Shown here piece after piece: positions 11,400 through 23,282 of a DNA stretch of 38,597 bases. The notes under the pieces are model-generated. The model was not told the origin of the DNA. It worked only from the letters and a program-made list of their open reading frames with translations, and did not search any database. The stretch is from Chiloscyllium plagiosum (lineage: Eukaryota). The stretch lies in the NCBI RefSeq assembly GCF_004010195.1, contig NC_057719.1, positions 13,443,904 to 13,482,500 on the forward strand, written 5' to 3'. A program made the position numbers and the translations under genes. Every line of letters begins with the position of its first letter. Position 1 is the stretch's first letter.

Positions 11400-12362
11400 G
11401 AGACAAGAGAGGAGTTGATTATTTAAATGGAGAAAGATTCAGAAAGCCACAGGACAGAGTCCTTGTGCATACATCACAAAACATTAGGATCCAAGTTCAG
11501 CAGGTGATAGGGAAGGCAAGAGAAATGGTGCCTTTATTAAAAAGAGAATGGAGTACAAAAAGTAGAGAGGTTTGCTTAAACTGTACAAGACACTAGTCAG
11601 ACTACAGCTGGAATACTGTGATATGGGCCAAATGCAGTTTGGGTCCCTTTATTGAAGGAAGGATGTACTGGTGATAGAGGCAGTTCAGGGAAGGGTCTGG
11701 GGGGACAGTCACATGAGGAGACGTTTAGTAGGCTGGGCCTGTACTCAGTCGAGAGTGTGGTGCTGGAAAAGCACAGCAAGTCAGGCAGCATCTGAGGAGC
11801 AGGAGAATTGACATTTTGTGCATAAGCCCTTTGTCAGGATTCCTGATGATGGGCTTATGCCCAAAAGGTCGTTTCTCCTGCTCCTCAGATGCTCCTGACC
11901 AGCTGTGCTTTTCCAGCACCATAGTCTCGACTCTGATCTGGAGTATCTGCGGTCCTCACTTTCCCCTGGGCCTGTACTCATTAGAGTTTAGAAGAATGAG
12001 AGTCAATCTTATTGAAGCGTCTAAGATTCTTAAGAGACTTAGCAGGATAGATGTGGAACGATTATTTCTCTTTATGAGAGTGTCTAAGACCAGAGGGCAA
12101 AAGAGATTGTTCATTTCAGACAGAGATGAAGAGGAATCTCTTCTGATAGTAGTGAATCTGCAGAATTCTTCACAGCAGAGAAGCTATGTCATGAAGTATA
12201 TTCAAGGCTGAGATAGAATTTTAATCAGTAAGACACTGAAGGGTTGTGGTGAAAAGGCAGGCGAGTGGACTTGAGGATTATCTGATCAGCCAAGATCTCA
12301 TTGAGGGACAGAGCACACTCAATGGGCTGAATGGCCTACTCCTGCCCCTGTGTATTATGATC
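11400..12362 (+). mobile_element. CR1 LINE 3' fragment hosting a Penelope insertion
   Basis: LYKTLVR..LEYC and LYSLEFRRMRVNLIE remnants; tail ATGGGCTGAATGGCCTACTCCTGC. Confidence 0.85.
11748..11965. mobile_element. Penelope-like (family 1) head-to-head inverted pseudo-LTR insertion with 15-bp TSD
   Basis: Arms ~11750-11838 and ~11841-11930 are reverse complements. CTGGGCCTGTACTCA is duplicated at 11733-11747 and 11966-11980. There is a decayed hammerhead CTGATGATGGGCTTATGCCCAAAAGGTC. Confidence 0.85.
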
Positions 12363-12467
12363 TAACCCCTGGAAATGGGTGTGTTTCAGAAGAGTTATTA
12401 AGAAGCACAACTTAACTTTTTCAAGTAGCTTCCTATCAGTCTTCACTTGATCACCAAACCGAAATTG

Positions 12468-13040
12468 GTTTAGCTCAGTTGGTTGGATTCTGGTGGCACG
12501 GTGGCTCAGTGGTTAGCACTGCTGCCTCACAGCGCCAGGGACCCGGGTTTGATTCCAACCTCAGGCAACTGTCTGTGTGAAGTTTGCCCATTCTCCCTGT
12601 GTCTGTATGGGTTTTCTCTGGGTGCTCCGGTTTCCTCCCATAATCCAAAGATGTGCGGGTTAGGTGAATTAGCCATGCTAAATTACCCATAATGTTCAGG
12701 GATATGTAGGCTAGGTGCATTAGGTGGGGGAAGTCTAGAGTAATCAGTGTAGGGGAATGGGTCTGGGTGGGTTACTCTTTGGAGTGTCAGTGTGGACTTG
12801 TTAGGCCAAATGGCCTGTTTCAAAACTGTAGGGAATCTAATTCTACTTTTTAATACAGCAGTGTGATGCTAATAGTGTGGGTTCAATTCCCATTACTGGT
12901 TTGAGGCTACCATGAAGGACTTTCCTTCTCAACCTCTTCGCTCATCTGAGGTCTGGTGGCCCCCAGGTTAAATCACCACCAGTTGCTTCTCTCTCTAATG
13001 AGTGAGCAGCCCCAGTGGTCTGCAAAGACTATGGCGACAC
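12468..13040 (+). mobile_element. SINE family B copy split by an HE1 insertion
   Basis: Head TAGCTCAGTTGGTTGGA ends at ~12488 and resumes ~12855 with GGGTTCAATTCC...TTCTCAACCTC...GGTTAAATCACCACCAG...GACTATGGCGAC. Confidence 0.75.
12492..12845 (+). mobile_element. HE1 SINE (older, longer subfamily)
   Basis: tRNA head, V-domain and HER1-like tail GGCCAAATGGCCTGTTTC. Confidence 0.9.
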
Positions 13041-13119
13041 AACCAACCAGAGACCACCCTTTTTGTTGGGCTGTATAAATCATTGTTCATTCTTAAATTC
13101 CACTATTCTCAGAGAATCA

Positions 13120-13742
13120 CAGAAAATAACAACAGGAATAGGCCATTCGGCCCTCATGTCTACTTCGTCATTCAATATGATCATGACTGATCAACCAACT
13201 CAGTTTTCTCCCCATTCTCTTTGATCCATTTCACTCTAAAACCTATTTCTAACTCCTTTCTGAAAGCATTCAGGAACATTTTTGACTGCAACTGTTATCT
13301 GTCGCAGAGACTTCCATAGGCTTACCACCTTCTGGGTGACAAATTTTGCAGTGTCTCACTCGTACTTGGGTTATTCTGTACCCTTAGACTATCACCCCTG
13401 GTTTTGAATTCCCCCAGCATTGGTAAGATCCTTACTGTCAAGATTAGAGTGGTGCTGGAAGAGCACAGTAGGTCAGGCAGCATCCGAGGAGCAGGAAAAT
13501 CGACATTGATTTTCCTGCTCCTTGGATGCTGCCTGACTCGCTGTGCTCTAATCTGGACTCTGATCTCCAGTGTCTGCAGTCCTCACTTTCACCTAACATT
13601 CTTCCAGTGGTTGACCCTGTCTAACCCTGTTAGATTTATATAGGTTTCTATGAGATCCACCCTCGTTTTTTAAACTCCAGTGAATATCGTCCTAACCAAA
13701 CCAGTCTCTCTCTCTTCGTACATCAGTCCTGCCTTCCCAGGG
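13120..13742 (-). mobile_element. Old CR1 3' fragment hosting a Penelope insertion
   Basis: Tail CAGGAATAGGCCATTCGGCCC...CATTCAATATGATCATGACTGATC; TATGAGATCCACCCTCGTTTTTTAAACTCCAG. Confidence 0.75.
13438..13592. mobile_element. Penelope-like (family 1) inverted pseudo-LTR footprint with hammerhead core deleted
   Basis: GAGCACAGTAGGTCAGGCAGCATCCGAGGAGCAGGAAAATCGAC abuts its reverse complement TTGATTTTCCTGCTCCTTGGATGCTGCCTGA, followed by tail CTGATCTCCAG..TCTGCAGTCCTCACTTTC. Confidence 0.8.
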
Positions 13743-14101
13743 TTCTATCTGGCGTCATCACTGATTGCAAGATGGAAATCTTCGAGAGCATGTTGTTTGA
13801 TTAGTAATGTAATTATTTGAGTTTGAAAGGATGATGGGGTTGTCTTAAGAAATGGGAGCAGGAGTAGGCCATCTGCCTGTCGAGTTGCTCTGTCATTTGT
13901 GTCTGGACACAAGGGACAATGGATCAAGTCATATTTACCCACGTCATTGCGATTTAGTATGTTGGCCTCCTTGTGGCCAAACAAGGTACTAATCATTTTT
14001 CGTCACCCAATACACATTCTTCAAGTTTGGCTTTGACAGCAGATTCTGGATTGGTGGTGCTGGAAGAGCACAGCAGTTCAGGCAGCATCCAAGGAGCTTC
14101 G

Positions 14102-14139
14102 AAATCAACGTTTCGGGCAAAAGCCCTTCATCAGGAATA
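14102..14139 (-). ncRNA. Minimal type-I hammerhead ribozyme motif
   Basis: Minus-strand attc-CUGAUGA-a-GGGC-uuuu-GCCC-GAAA-CG-UU-gauuu has an intact core, a 4-bp helix II and a palindromic ACGU helix III. Helix I is weak. Confidence 0.7.
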
Positions 14140-14240
14140 AAGGCAGTGAGCCTGGAGCGTGGAGAGATAAGCTAGAGGAGGTTGGGGGTGGGGAGAAAGT
14201 AGCATAGAGTAAAATGGGGAGTGGGGGAGGGGATGAAGGT

Positions 14241-14559
14241 TTTTAGATTAGATTACATTACATTACAGTGTGGAAACAGGCCCTTCGGCCCAACAAGTCC
14301 ACACCGCCCGCCGAAGCGCAACCCACCCATACCCCTACATTTACCCCTTATCTAACACTACGGGCAATTTAGCATGGCCAATTCACCTGACCTGCACATC
14401 TTTGGACAGTGGGAGGAAACCGGAGCACCCGGAGGAAACCCACGCAGACACGGGGAGAACGTGCAAACTTCACACAGTCAGTCGCCTGAGTCAGGAATTG
14501 AACCCGGGTCTCTGGCGCTGTGAGGCAGCAGTGCTAACCACTGTGCCACCGTGCCGCCC
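14241..14559 (-). mobile_element. HE1 SINE, young copy
   Basis: Reverse complement of the 2559/9809 sequence with CpGs retained. Confidence 0.95.
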
Positions 14560-15707
14560 CAGGTCAGGGAGGAGAGGGTAGAGTGGATAGGTGGAAAAGG
14601 AGATAGGCAGGTCGGACAAGTCCGGACAAGTCATGGGGACAGTGCTGAGCTGGAAGTTTATAACTAGGGTGAGGTGGGGGAAGGGGAAATGAGGAAACTG
14701 TTGAAGTCCACATTGATGCCCTGGGGTTGAAGTGTTCTGAGGCAGAAGATGAGGCGTTCTTCCTCCAGGCGTTGGGTGGTAAGGGAGCGACGGTGAAGGA
14801 AGCCCAGGACCTCCATGTCCTCGAGGTGGATGGCCTGATTTGTTGTTTGAATTTCAAATGTGTTAAAGGAAAAAAAATCCAACTACTACAGGAAACCAGA
14901 GTAAAAAATTGCCTCCAGGAGAGTAAAGGAACAATAGTGGCCTCACTTTGTTTAGGAAATGATGAGTCAGGGGGTCATTTCACTACAACCCAAGCACTGA
15001 GAGTGTTCCTTAGTGAGCCAATTTTAGTGCTCAGCTTGTGTATGTAAATATGCAAAACTGTTTTGTTTTCTGAAAAGCGATATGGTTGTCTGTCAGTTTC
15101 AGTTTGCTTCAAGGCAACCCACTGAGAATGAAAGGATTCTCAAATGTTCGGCTAATTAAAAGTGTTGGATGGGCTTTTACAGACCTGCTGTTAATGTAAA
15201 CATCTGAGCACAGGGTATGTGACCAGGACAGCGTCTACCAATGTTGTCAATATGTTCCCACTGCTGCCTAACACATCAACACTGCACTTTGACCTATCCT
15301 ACTGGCGTTAACATCACACCAATTACTGCCACGGAAGGGACAAAATAAGATGCAACTACTGGAAACCCATATTGGATGTCAGAAGTGTGCATAGTATCAA
15401 TCAACTAAAACCACTTCTCATTTGATTCCACGTACATTCTCAAGGCAATTCAACAGCACTGTAAAAACTTGCAACAGATCAAACCAATTTTATCCACTAG
15501 AACAGTGCAGAATTCCAAAGAGAATCAATTACATTCACCAGCTTTGTCCAGAACGTCAAGAGACTGGACTTATCTTTCATTGTTATGAATTCCCGTGGGA
15601 GAACAGCCACCTTCATTAAGTAGTGATTGCAGTAAATCAATCACAGGTTCTTTATTTTACACATTCTTAGCAGCGCATAATATTTTCTGTGCATTCCCTC
15701 TTCTTAG

Positions 15708-16045
15708 GAATGCTACATACAATTTGGTCTCCCTGTTATAGAAAAAGTATTGTGCAGCTTGAAAGGGTTCAGAAAATATTTACAAGGATGTTGCCAGCGT
15801 TGCAAGGTTTGACTTATGGGGAGGAGCTGAACAGGCTGGGGCTGTTTTCCCTGGAGCGTCGGAGGTTGAGGGGTGACCTTATAGAAGTTTATAAAATCAT
15901 TTAAAGGGTAGCTGAATGGGTATATGAGTGGGAAGGGTTTGGAGGGATATGGGCCTAATTTTGGCAAATGGGAATTCAGGACGTCTGGTCAGCATTGGCG
16001 AGTTGGACCAAAGGGTCTGTTTCAGTGCTGTATAACTCTGCGACT
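15708..16045 (+). mobile_element. HER1 3' fragment with internal deletion
   Basis: WSPCYRKSIVQLERVQKIFTRMLP...RLRGDLIEVYKI jumps directly to the GYMSGKGLEGYG terminus. Confidence 0.88.
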
Positions 16046-16942
16046 CCTATTTCCATTAGAATGTAGGTTCCATTCCCAGGTATGGACAATGGGCCAAACC
16101 CCATTCCATTTATTCATTTTCCAGAATCCAACTCTATTTGCATTTATGGAACAGGTTTTATGCTCCCTACATAACAAGATAAACTCAGAATCCTCACCCA
16201 AGCATAAACTGCGCTCCAATTATCCAGTGTTTCTTTTTAAAAATAAACAACATAGCTGATTCCATCAATCTACTTCTGGAATTGACCTAGAGTCAACAAC
16301 ACATGTCAGAGATCTAATTAGTTTTATGTAAAATGAATGCTTTTACTCATAGTGCTTTCTAGTTATCTGTGTTTCGATTGCATTTTGAATAAATGGATTT
16401 AATGGTCCATGGTACAAAGATTTGAGAGCTGATTATTTTCGCTTTTGTTTCTTTCCTGCTCCCTTCTCTTCTCTGAAAGGCTTTTGTTTTTTTAAGGATT
16501 TGATTCCAGGAAACTATTAAACCCTCTTCCAAGTGGTCACCTAAGCGATACATACAACAGTTGGAAGATGATATTGTACATTAGGAATGTGTGCACGATA
16601 TCAATCAACTAAAACCATTTTTCATTTAATTCCATGTACAGTCTCAAGATAATTCAGTAGCACTGCAAAACCTTCTAACAGATCAAACCAATTCCTCTTG
16701 CTCACGCAGTGACAGCAAGGGTCAGTGGACAATTCTGTCTTTCGAGAAATGTACAGAAGCTGTTTCCTCTTGTGAAAACGGTAGAAATGAATGTGGTGTT
16801 TGAAAACTCTGCCTTCAATCTTCATAAGAAACTGAACATGTGCTTGCTGACTCCCCAGCATCAATGATTAGCATTCGATGTTTTAAGTGTAGCACTTCAG
16901 CGCTCTCGACACAGCATCCAAAGAAGTGAAAACAGACTTGTG

Positions 16943-17073
16943 AAAACAAAAGCACAGAACTGTGGATGCTGGAAATCGGAAACAAAACCAGGAATTGCTG
17001 GGCAAACTCAGCAGGTCTTTGGAGAGAAAGTGGAGTGAACATTTCGGGCCCAGGGACCCTTCCTTCAGAACTG
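16943..17073 (-). mobile_element. Penelope-like pseudo-LTR (family 3) with variant hammerhead
   Basis: Minus-strand GTTCTGAAGGAAGGGTCCCTGGGCCCGAAATGTTC...CCTGCTGAGTTTGCCCAGCAATTCC...TTTCCAGCATCCACAGTTC. Confidence 0.72.
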
Positions 17074-17359
17074 AACAGGATTGTAGCTGTGCATTAATGT
17101 GATGGTTCCCCTGGGTGAGATGGCTTGGATATGTGTTAGAAACAGGAGATTATTTCAGACTGTTATTTGTCAGCAAGATTACAAACAGAAAAGGAGAAGA
17201 TTCTCTTGAAACTCCTGGGTTGGAATCTGCAAGATTGGCAGGATGAGTACTGTCCATTTTATAACTGTGCTATCTATGAGTGGAACAAATGTTTAATTTA
17301 CAGTGCTTTAAAATGTTGACTCCTTGCTTCAATTCTGGCTTCCAGCTCTCTTTACAGTT

Positions 17360-17695
17360 TGGACTTGACAAAGTAGATGCAGAAGGTTGGTTAACTTTGT
17401 GTGACAGTGTCAGATGAGAGGGCATATTCTCAGAACAAAATACATTCAAGACAGAGGTAGGGAGAAATTTCTTCCCTCAGAGGATTGTGAGTCTGTGAAA
17501 TGTTTTACCGCAGAGAGGCATAGAGGCTGGGTCATTAAGTATATTTAAGGCAGAGGTAGACAGATTTTTAATCAGTGCGGGGAAAAGGCAGGAAAAGTGG
17601 AGTTGAATATTATCACATCAGCCATGATCTCATTGAATGAGGGAGCAGATTCAATGGGCCGAATAGCCTACTTCTGCTCCTTTCTCTTATTGTCT
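17360..17695 (+). mobile_element. CR1 3' end
   Basis: AGAAATTTCTTCCCTCAGAGG...CAGCCATGATCTCATTGAATG..ATGGGCCGAATAGCCTACTTCTGCTCC. Confidence 0.85.
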
Positions 17696-18189
17696 TTGTT
17701 TATTTCTTTGTGAGTCCACACGATGCTAAACCAATCAAGCACACTGAGCATGAACTGACTCACAATCAAAAACAGACCAACTGAATTAATGAATATCACA
17801 GGAGATCTGTCCCATACCCTTCTTTTCTACATCATCAATTTGACTGCCAAATCTTTTGAACAACACACCAATCCTCTCCTTTCCTCAATATCCTTCATTA
17901 TAAATAATTAAAATTCATTGCTTTTTCCCTTACTTTTGTTGCCATCTATTTTCTCCCACTCCAACTATTTTCCTCTCCCTCTCAAACCTGATGACCCATT
18001 AATGCTGCTGCCGACTGGGTGTTGGTGGGAGAAAAGAGGCGAAGGAGGAAGAGGATTGGGGTGAACCAGGCTACTATCTTTTCCACATGAGTATTCCCAT
18101 TCTCATGAGAATTTGTCTTTACATTAAGCAGGACCACAGTCGCTTATATTCGCAAACAAATTCGGATTGATGTGATGTTGAGGGACTCA

Positions 18190-19245
18190 AAGAACAGAGA
18201 ATAAAGAACAAGACAGCACAGGAACAGGCCCATCGGCCCTCCAAGCCTATGTTGTCACTTTTTGCCCTTCCATAGTAAAACTGTCCTCACTTACAGGATT
18301 CGTATCCCTCTATTCCCTTCCTATTCGTGTATTTGCCCAGGTACGTTTTGGAAGCTGCTATTGCGTCTGCTTCCACCTCCTCTGGCAGCACATTCTAGGC
18401 ACTCACCACCCTTTGTATGAAAAACATGCCTCACACATCTCTTTAAAATATTCCCCCCAACCTGCACCTTGAACCTGTGTCCCCTAGTAATTGACCCCTC
18501 CACTCTGGGGAAAAGCCTCATACTTTCCACTCTATCCATGCCACTTGCAATCTTATAAACTTCCATCAGGTAGCCCCTGAACTTCCTGCATTCCAGTGAA
18601 AACAAACCCAGTCTATCTAACCTTTCTTCATAGCTAAAATCCCTCATACTAGGAAACACCCTAGTAAACCTTTTCTGTACCATCTGCAAAGCATCCTTCT
18701 GGTAATGTGGTGACCAGAACTGTACACAGTATTCCAAACCTGGGCCTAACTAAAGTTGTATAAAGCTGCATCGTGACTTGACTATCCTTACTGAATGCTC
18801 CTTCCAATAAAAACACAAATGCTATCAGCCTTTTTTACTACCTCATGGACTGAGTCTACATAGATCATTTGGAGGAAAACATAGTTGGACTAATTAGTAA
18901 TTTTGCAGACAACACAGAGATTGGTGGAGTTGCGGATAGTGAAGGGGATTGTCAGAGAATCGGTGGACCTGCACACCCAGATCCCTCTGTGTATCAATAC
19001 TCCTGAGAGTTCTGCCATTCACTGTATAGCTTCCACCTGTACTTGACCTTCCAAAATGTATCTCCTTACATTTGTCTGGATTAAACTCCATCTGCCATTT
19101 TTCTGCCCATGCCTCCAACTGATCCATATCCTGTTGTATTCTCTGACAATCCTCTTCACTATCCACAACGCCACCAGTCTCTGTGTTGTCTGCAAACTTA
19201 CTAATTAGTCCAACTATGTTTTCCTCCAAATGATTTAAGTAGACT
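18190..19245 (-). mobile_element. CR1/HER1-type LINE 3' fragment containing an inverted templated insertion
   Basis: ORFs EYCVQFWSPHY...ITRGHRFKV (18321-18737) and LISKFADNT...WAEKWQMEFNPDKC (18961-19229). Confidence 0.9.
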
Positions 19246-19269
19246 ATATTCTTTCATATAGACCTCTGG

Positions 19270-19905
19270 AACAGGAATGATAAATTGGCCTTGGAGAGTG
19301 TACAATGTATATGACACCCGGACTTCAAGGGAGAGGTTTTATGCATTAGGCCTGTTTTCTCTAGAATTTAGAATGTTAAGGGGTCATCTGATTGAAGTCT
19401 TCAAAATATGTCAGTAACTAAGGGTCACAATTTCATGACTGTCAGCAAAAGAGCTAAGAATGAGATGAGGATAAACATCTTTACTCAAAGAGTTGTTAGA
19501 ATTTGGATGAGTGATGTGGAGATGGATTCCATATGAGGTTTCGAAAGAGAACTGGATATATATTTGAAAGTGATGAAGTTAGAGGGCAACAGAGAGAGGG
19601 TTGGAGAGTGGGACGAGCTGGGTAGCTCTCTCAGAAACTGGTACAGACACAGAATACCCTCTTTCTGTACTGTAAAATTCAATGAGTCTATAGTAACAGG
19701 CAAGATGAGATAAGTAAAGCTAAATTATTTCTAATCTTTGGGTATTCTAAACTAGGAGGGGTAGTCTGAGAATTATGGCCAGAATGTTTAGGAGAGATGT
19801 AAGGAAGCACTTCTACATAGAAAGGGTAGTAGAGGTTTGGAACTCTGTTCCACAAAACGTAGTTAATGCTGGATCAGTTGTTAATTTTAAATCTGAGATA
19901 GATTA
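19270..19905 (+). mobile_element. Two adjacent old CR1 3' fragments
   Basis: TTCTCTAGAATTTAGAATGTTAAGGGGTCATCTGATTGAAGTCTTCAAAAT; FRRDVRKHFYIERVVEVWNSVP (ORF 19775). Confidence 0.75.
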
Positions 19906-20504
19906 CCCTTTTCCTCTATTCATATGTCAGCAAATGGCAATTGATGTGTATGCAATAAAGGAACACTCCAAAATTACATTAAACAGTTTATTAATGAAGA
20001 TGAATCCACAGAATTTTCCAAAGATTAATTCCAAAACATATTAAATGGAGTTTTACAGTAATCAGAACATTCTGGTCATTTTTAGCAGTATATTGTGTTC
20101 AAGCTCATATGTAATAGAAACCAACTGTTTACTCTCTAGTCGGTTATTATATGGAGAAAATGAGAGAAAGTAGCCCTGTGTGAGGTAACTTAAATGTGGT
20201 CAATAAATAGCAGTAGCCACCCTCAGTGAAGATATAATCTTCATGCAATCAAACTTCAGTCTGAGAAATAAGAGAGAAAACCATACTTTGGAGTTCAACT
20301 GAGGATTCTGCAGTGTGCTTCTTCATAGCCATGCAAACTCGAACATTCCTCAACAGATTTCTGTTAATAGTGTAATTTACACTGATGCTTTATTCTGCGT
20401 GATTTGAAGGACAGAAAGAAGTTGATGGAAAGTTCCCTCCATCCCGCTACTCTATAATAAGTGCACATTACAGTGACTGAATGACAATATAATGGCTATT
20501 CAAA

Positions 20505-20828
20505 TAGTCTGAAAGTACTTCATAATGATGAATAGATGCAGTGAGAACACAGTGACCATTCTATAAAGCAACTTCCCATTAATGCTTGGCCAATCAATTT
20601 GTACGTGCTTTTTTTGTTGAGGGAGGAGTGTTGGTTAGGATGCTCTCCAGCCTGTTATTGAATCTTCAAGAGATCTTTAAAGCCTATCTGAATATGATTT
20701 TCATTTAGATACGTAGCAATATAGTACTTCGACAAAACCACACTTGAGTGTCAGCATAGATTACAAACGCAAATCCTTCAAATTCACTGAACCAGATTGA
20801 AGAGTGTTACTAACTGATTCAAGCAGAC
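20505..20828 (-). mobile_element. Highly decayed DeuSINE (SacSINE1/AmnSINE1-like)
   Basis: Ordered blocks GTTGAGGGA..TGTTGG..AGGA, GAGATCTTT, GAGTGTCAGCATAGATTA and GAGTGTTACTAACTGA match the recalled reverse-complement DeuSINE consensus. Confidence 0.55.
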
Positions 20829-21489
20829 GGAAGTGGGGCCAAGTCTACTTACTGTTAGAGAAGTAACATCACAAATATTGGCAAATGTGAAGACTTGGAA
20901 ATTAAAAACCTCGAGAGCTGAACCATAGCATTAGTGATCTTAAATGAATCTGTGCACTCTGTCACCATTTCTTTGATCGTCTGAGTGGTCTGTTACTCTC
21001 ACCTGGTCCAGTAAGGAAGGGAACAAGCGCAGTTTCCCTTCAAATCAGATACAGAACAATGGCAAACATACCGCACATTAATGTTATCTCATTAAAACCA
21101 GTTTACTTCTAGATACAGTTGCCTCACATTGCTGGCAAAGACTGGGGCTTAGTCAAGATTTTCTCAACAAGAGAATCCCACAGCTCAGTAGGGATCAGTA
21201 AATTCTATCATTCTGCACTCACCAAATGTAACTGAAGCACATCTATTGAGACACCACCATGTCTTGGCTGGGGAAGCAGCAAGTCAGTTTCATTGATCCC
21301 AGCCAAAAGCCCAACAAAATAACCCAGTCAGGCTTATCCAGTGAAGCTGCATGATTTGTTGACAGCCAAGAAGGCAGCACACAAGCCAGCAACACACCAG
21401 CTCACTGAATCTATTGTCATGTTTCAGTTAACGAAGGGAGAATTTCCCCTCTTTACAAACAGATCTTACCACTGCTTTTCAATAGGAAT

Positions 21490-21970
21490 ATATAGGAAGG
21501 ATGTTATTAAACTGGAACGGGTGCAGAAAAGATTTACAAGGATGTTACTGAGACTGGAAGATTCAATGTATAAGGAGAGGTTGTGATGTTTTTCCCTGGA
21601 GCGCGGAGGCTTGAGGGGTGACGTTACAGAGGTTCATATAATCAGCAGGGGCATGCATAAGATGAACAGCAAAAGTCTTTTCCCCACAGTAAGGAATTCA
21701 AAACTAGAGGGCATAATGTTGAGCTGAGCGGGGAAAGGTTTAAAAGGAACCTGAGGGGCAACTTTTTCACACAGAGGATGGTTGGCGTGTGGAACGAACT
21801 GTCAAAGGAAGTGGTAGGTGCAAGTACAGTATCAACATTTAAAAGACATTTGGACAGGTACATGAATAGGAAAGGCTTAGAGGGATAAGGCCAAATGCAG
21901 GTAAATGGCTCCAGTTTAGTTGGAGAAACCTAGTCGGCATGGACGGAAGGGTCTGTTTGCTTGCTGTATT
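21490..21970 (+). mobile_element. HER1 LINE 3' end
   Basis: YRKDVIKLERVQKRFTRML and the HER1 tail GGAAGGGTCTGTTT..TGCTGTA. Confidence 0.88.
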
Positions 21971-23081
21971 TTGTACTTCTTTTGATCAGGACATGCGCAC
22001 CGGAGACTGTATTCTACAGCAGCAACAATTGATGGTGGCAGCTTGGCTCAGGGTAAATAAAAATGCTGAGTAAATGCTCGGCTTAAAGATTGCTGTGGGT
22101 GGAATGGGTTTCAGTTTGTGGGGCAATAGCACTATTACTAGGTAAAAGGGAGCTTTCTCAGTTAGACACGCTCACTTGGATCTTGCTGGAACTGATGCTC
22201 TGATGAACTGAATAACTCAGGTAGTTGTTAGGGCTTTAAACTAATGGGATGAGGATTGGGGGCTATTAGAGATATTGGGAGGGGTGATATGTTGGCTTAC
22301 AAAAGCAAAGGGATTTGGCATAAACTATTTTGATGATACCCATAGTTGGACAGAAAGGGACAGAGTTTTGTAAGCATATAAAAATGGTAGTAAATAGGGT
22401 TGTGGGCAGAGAGAAAATAGTAAAAGAAAAACAAATTAATGGCTTTGTACCTCAATCTACATAGTATTTGACAGAAAATGAAAGGATTAATTGATGCTAA
22501 TGGGTATGATTGTATATCCCATTATGGAGATATGGTTACAAAGAGATCAAAGCCAGGAACTAAATATTCACGTGTATGTGATTTTGTGAAAGGGCAGTCA
22601 GGAAGGGAAGGGTAGTGGGTTAGCATTTTTAGTATGAGATGAAATAAGTATAATAGCAAGAAATGATCTTGGATCAGATAATATAAATCCACATGAATGG
22701 ACATAAGAAATAACAAAGGAAGAAGACACTGGTGGGAGTCATCCATAGGCGTCTTAACACCAGCTGTTCTGTAGGCTAGAGAGTAAATAATGGGATAATG
22801 AGGAGGACATTTTAAAAAGGCAGTACGCTAAAAACATTAATCTTTGTTTAAATTGGGAAAAGTAAATTGACAAAAGGTGGCTTTGAGGGCAAATTCGTAT
22901 AACGTATTTGGGACAGTTTCCTGAAACAATATGATTGTGGATCCAAACAGGGATCAAGTTATGTTGTATCCGATAATGTGTAATGAGGCAGGTTTAGTAA
23001 GTTATTTCAGAGTAAGAGATGTGCTCGGGCACAGTGATCACAACATGGTAGAATTTAGCACTGAGGTTGAGAGTGAGACAT

Positions 23082-23282
23082 AGAGAGTGCGGTGCTGGAA
23101 AAGCACAGCAGGCCAGGCAGCATCTGAGGAGCAGGAGAATTGACATTCCGGTCATAAGCCTTCATCAGGAATCTCCTGAAACACTGGTTCTCCTGTTCCT
23201 TGGGTGCTGCCTGACCTGCTGTGCTTTTCCAATACTACACTCTCGACTCTGATCTCCAGCATCTGCAGTCCTCACTTTCACC
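23082..23282. mobile_element. Penelope-like (family 1) inverted pseudo-LTR footprint inside CR1
   Basis: The left arm GAGAGTGCGGTGCTGGAAAAGCACAGCAGG...CTTCATCAGGAAT faces ...GCTGCCTGACCTGCTGTGCTTTTCCA plus tail. AGTGAGA occurs on both flanks. Confidence 0.8.

Larger units (their letters stand above)
14041..14825 (-). mobile_element. Penelope-like element (family 1) 3' end: GIY-YIG C-terminus, 3' UTR and pseudo-LTR; split by HE1
   Basis: Minus ORF remnant EDMEVLGFLH...QRLEEERLIFCLRTLQPQGINVDF is typical of the PLE endonuclease C-terminus. The terminus matches 38369-38483. Confidence 0.85.
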
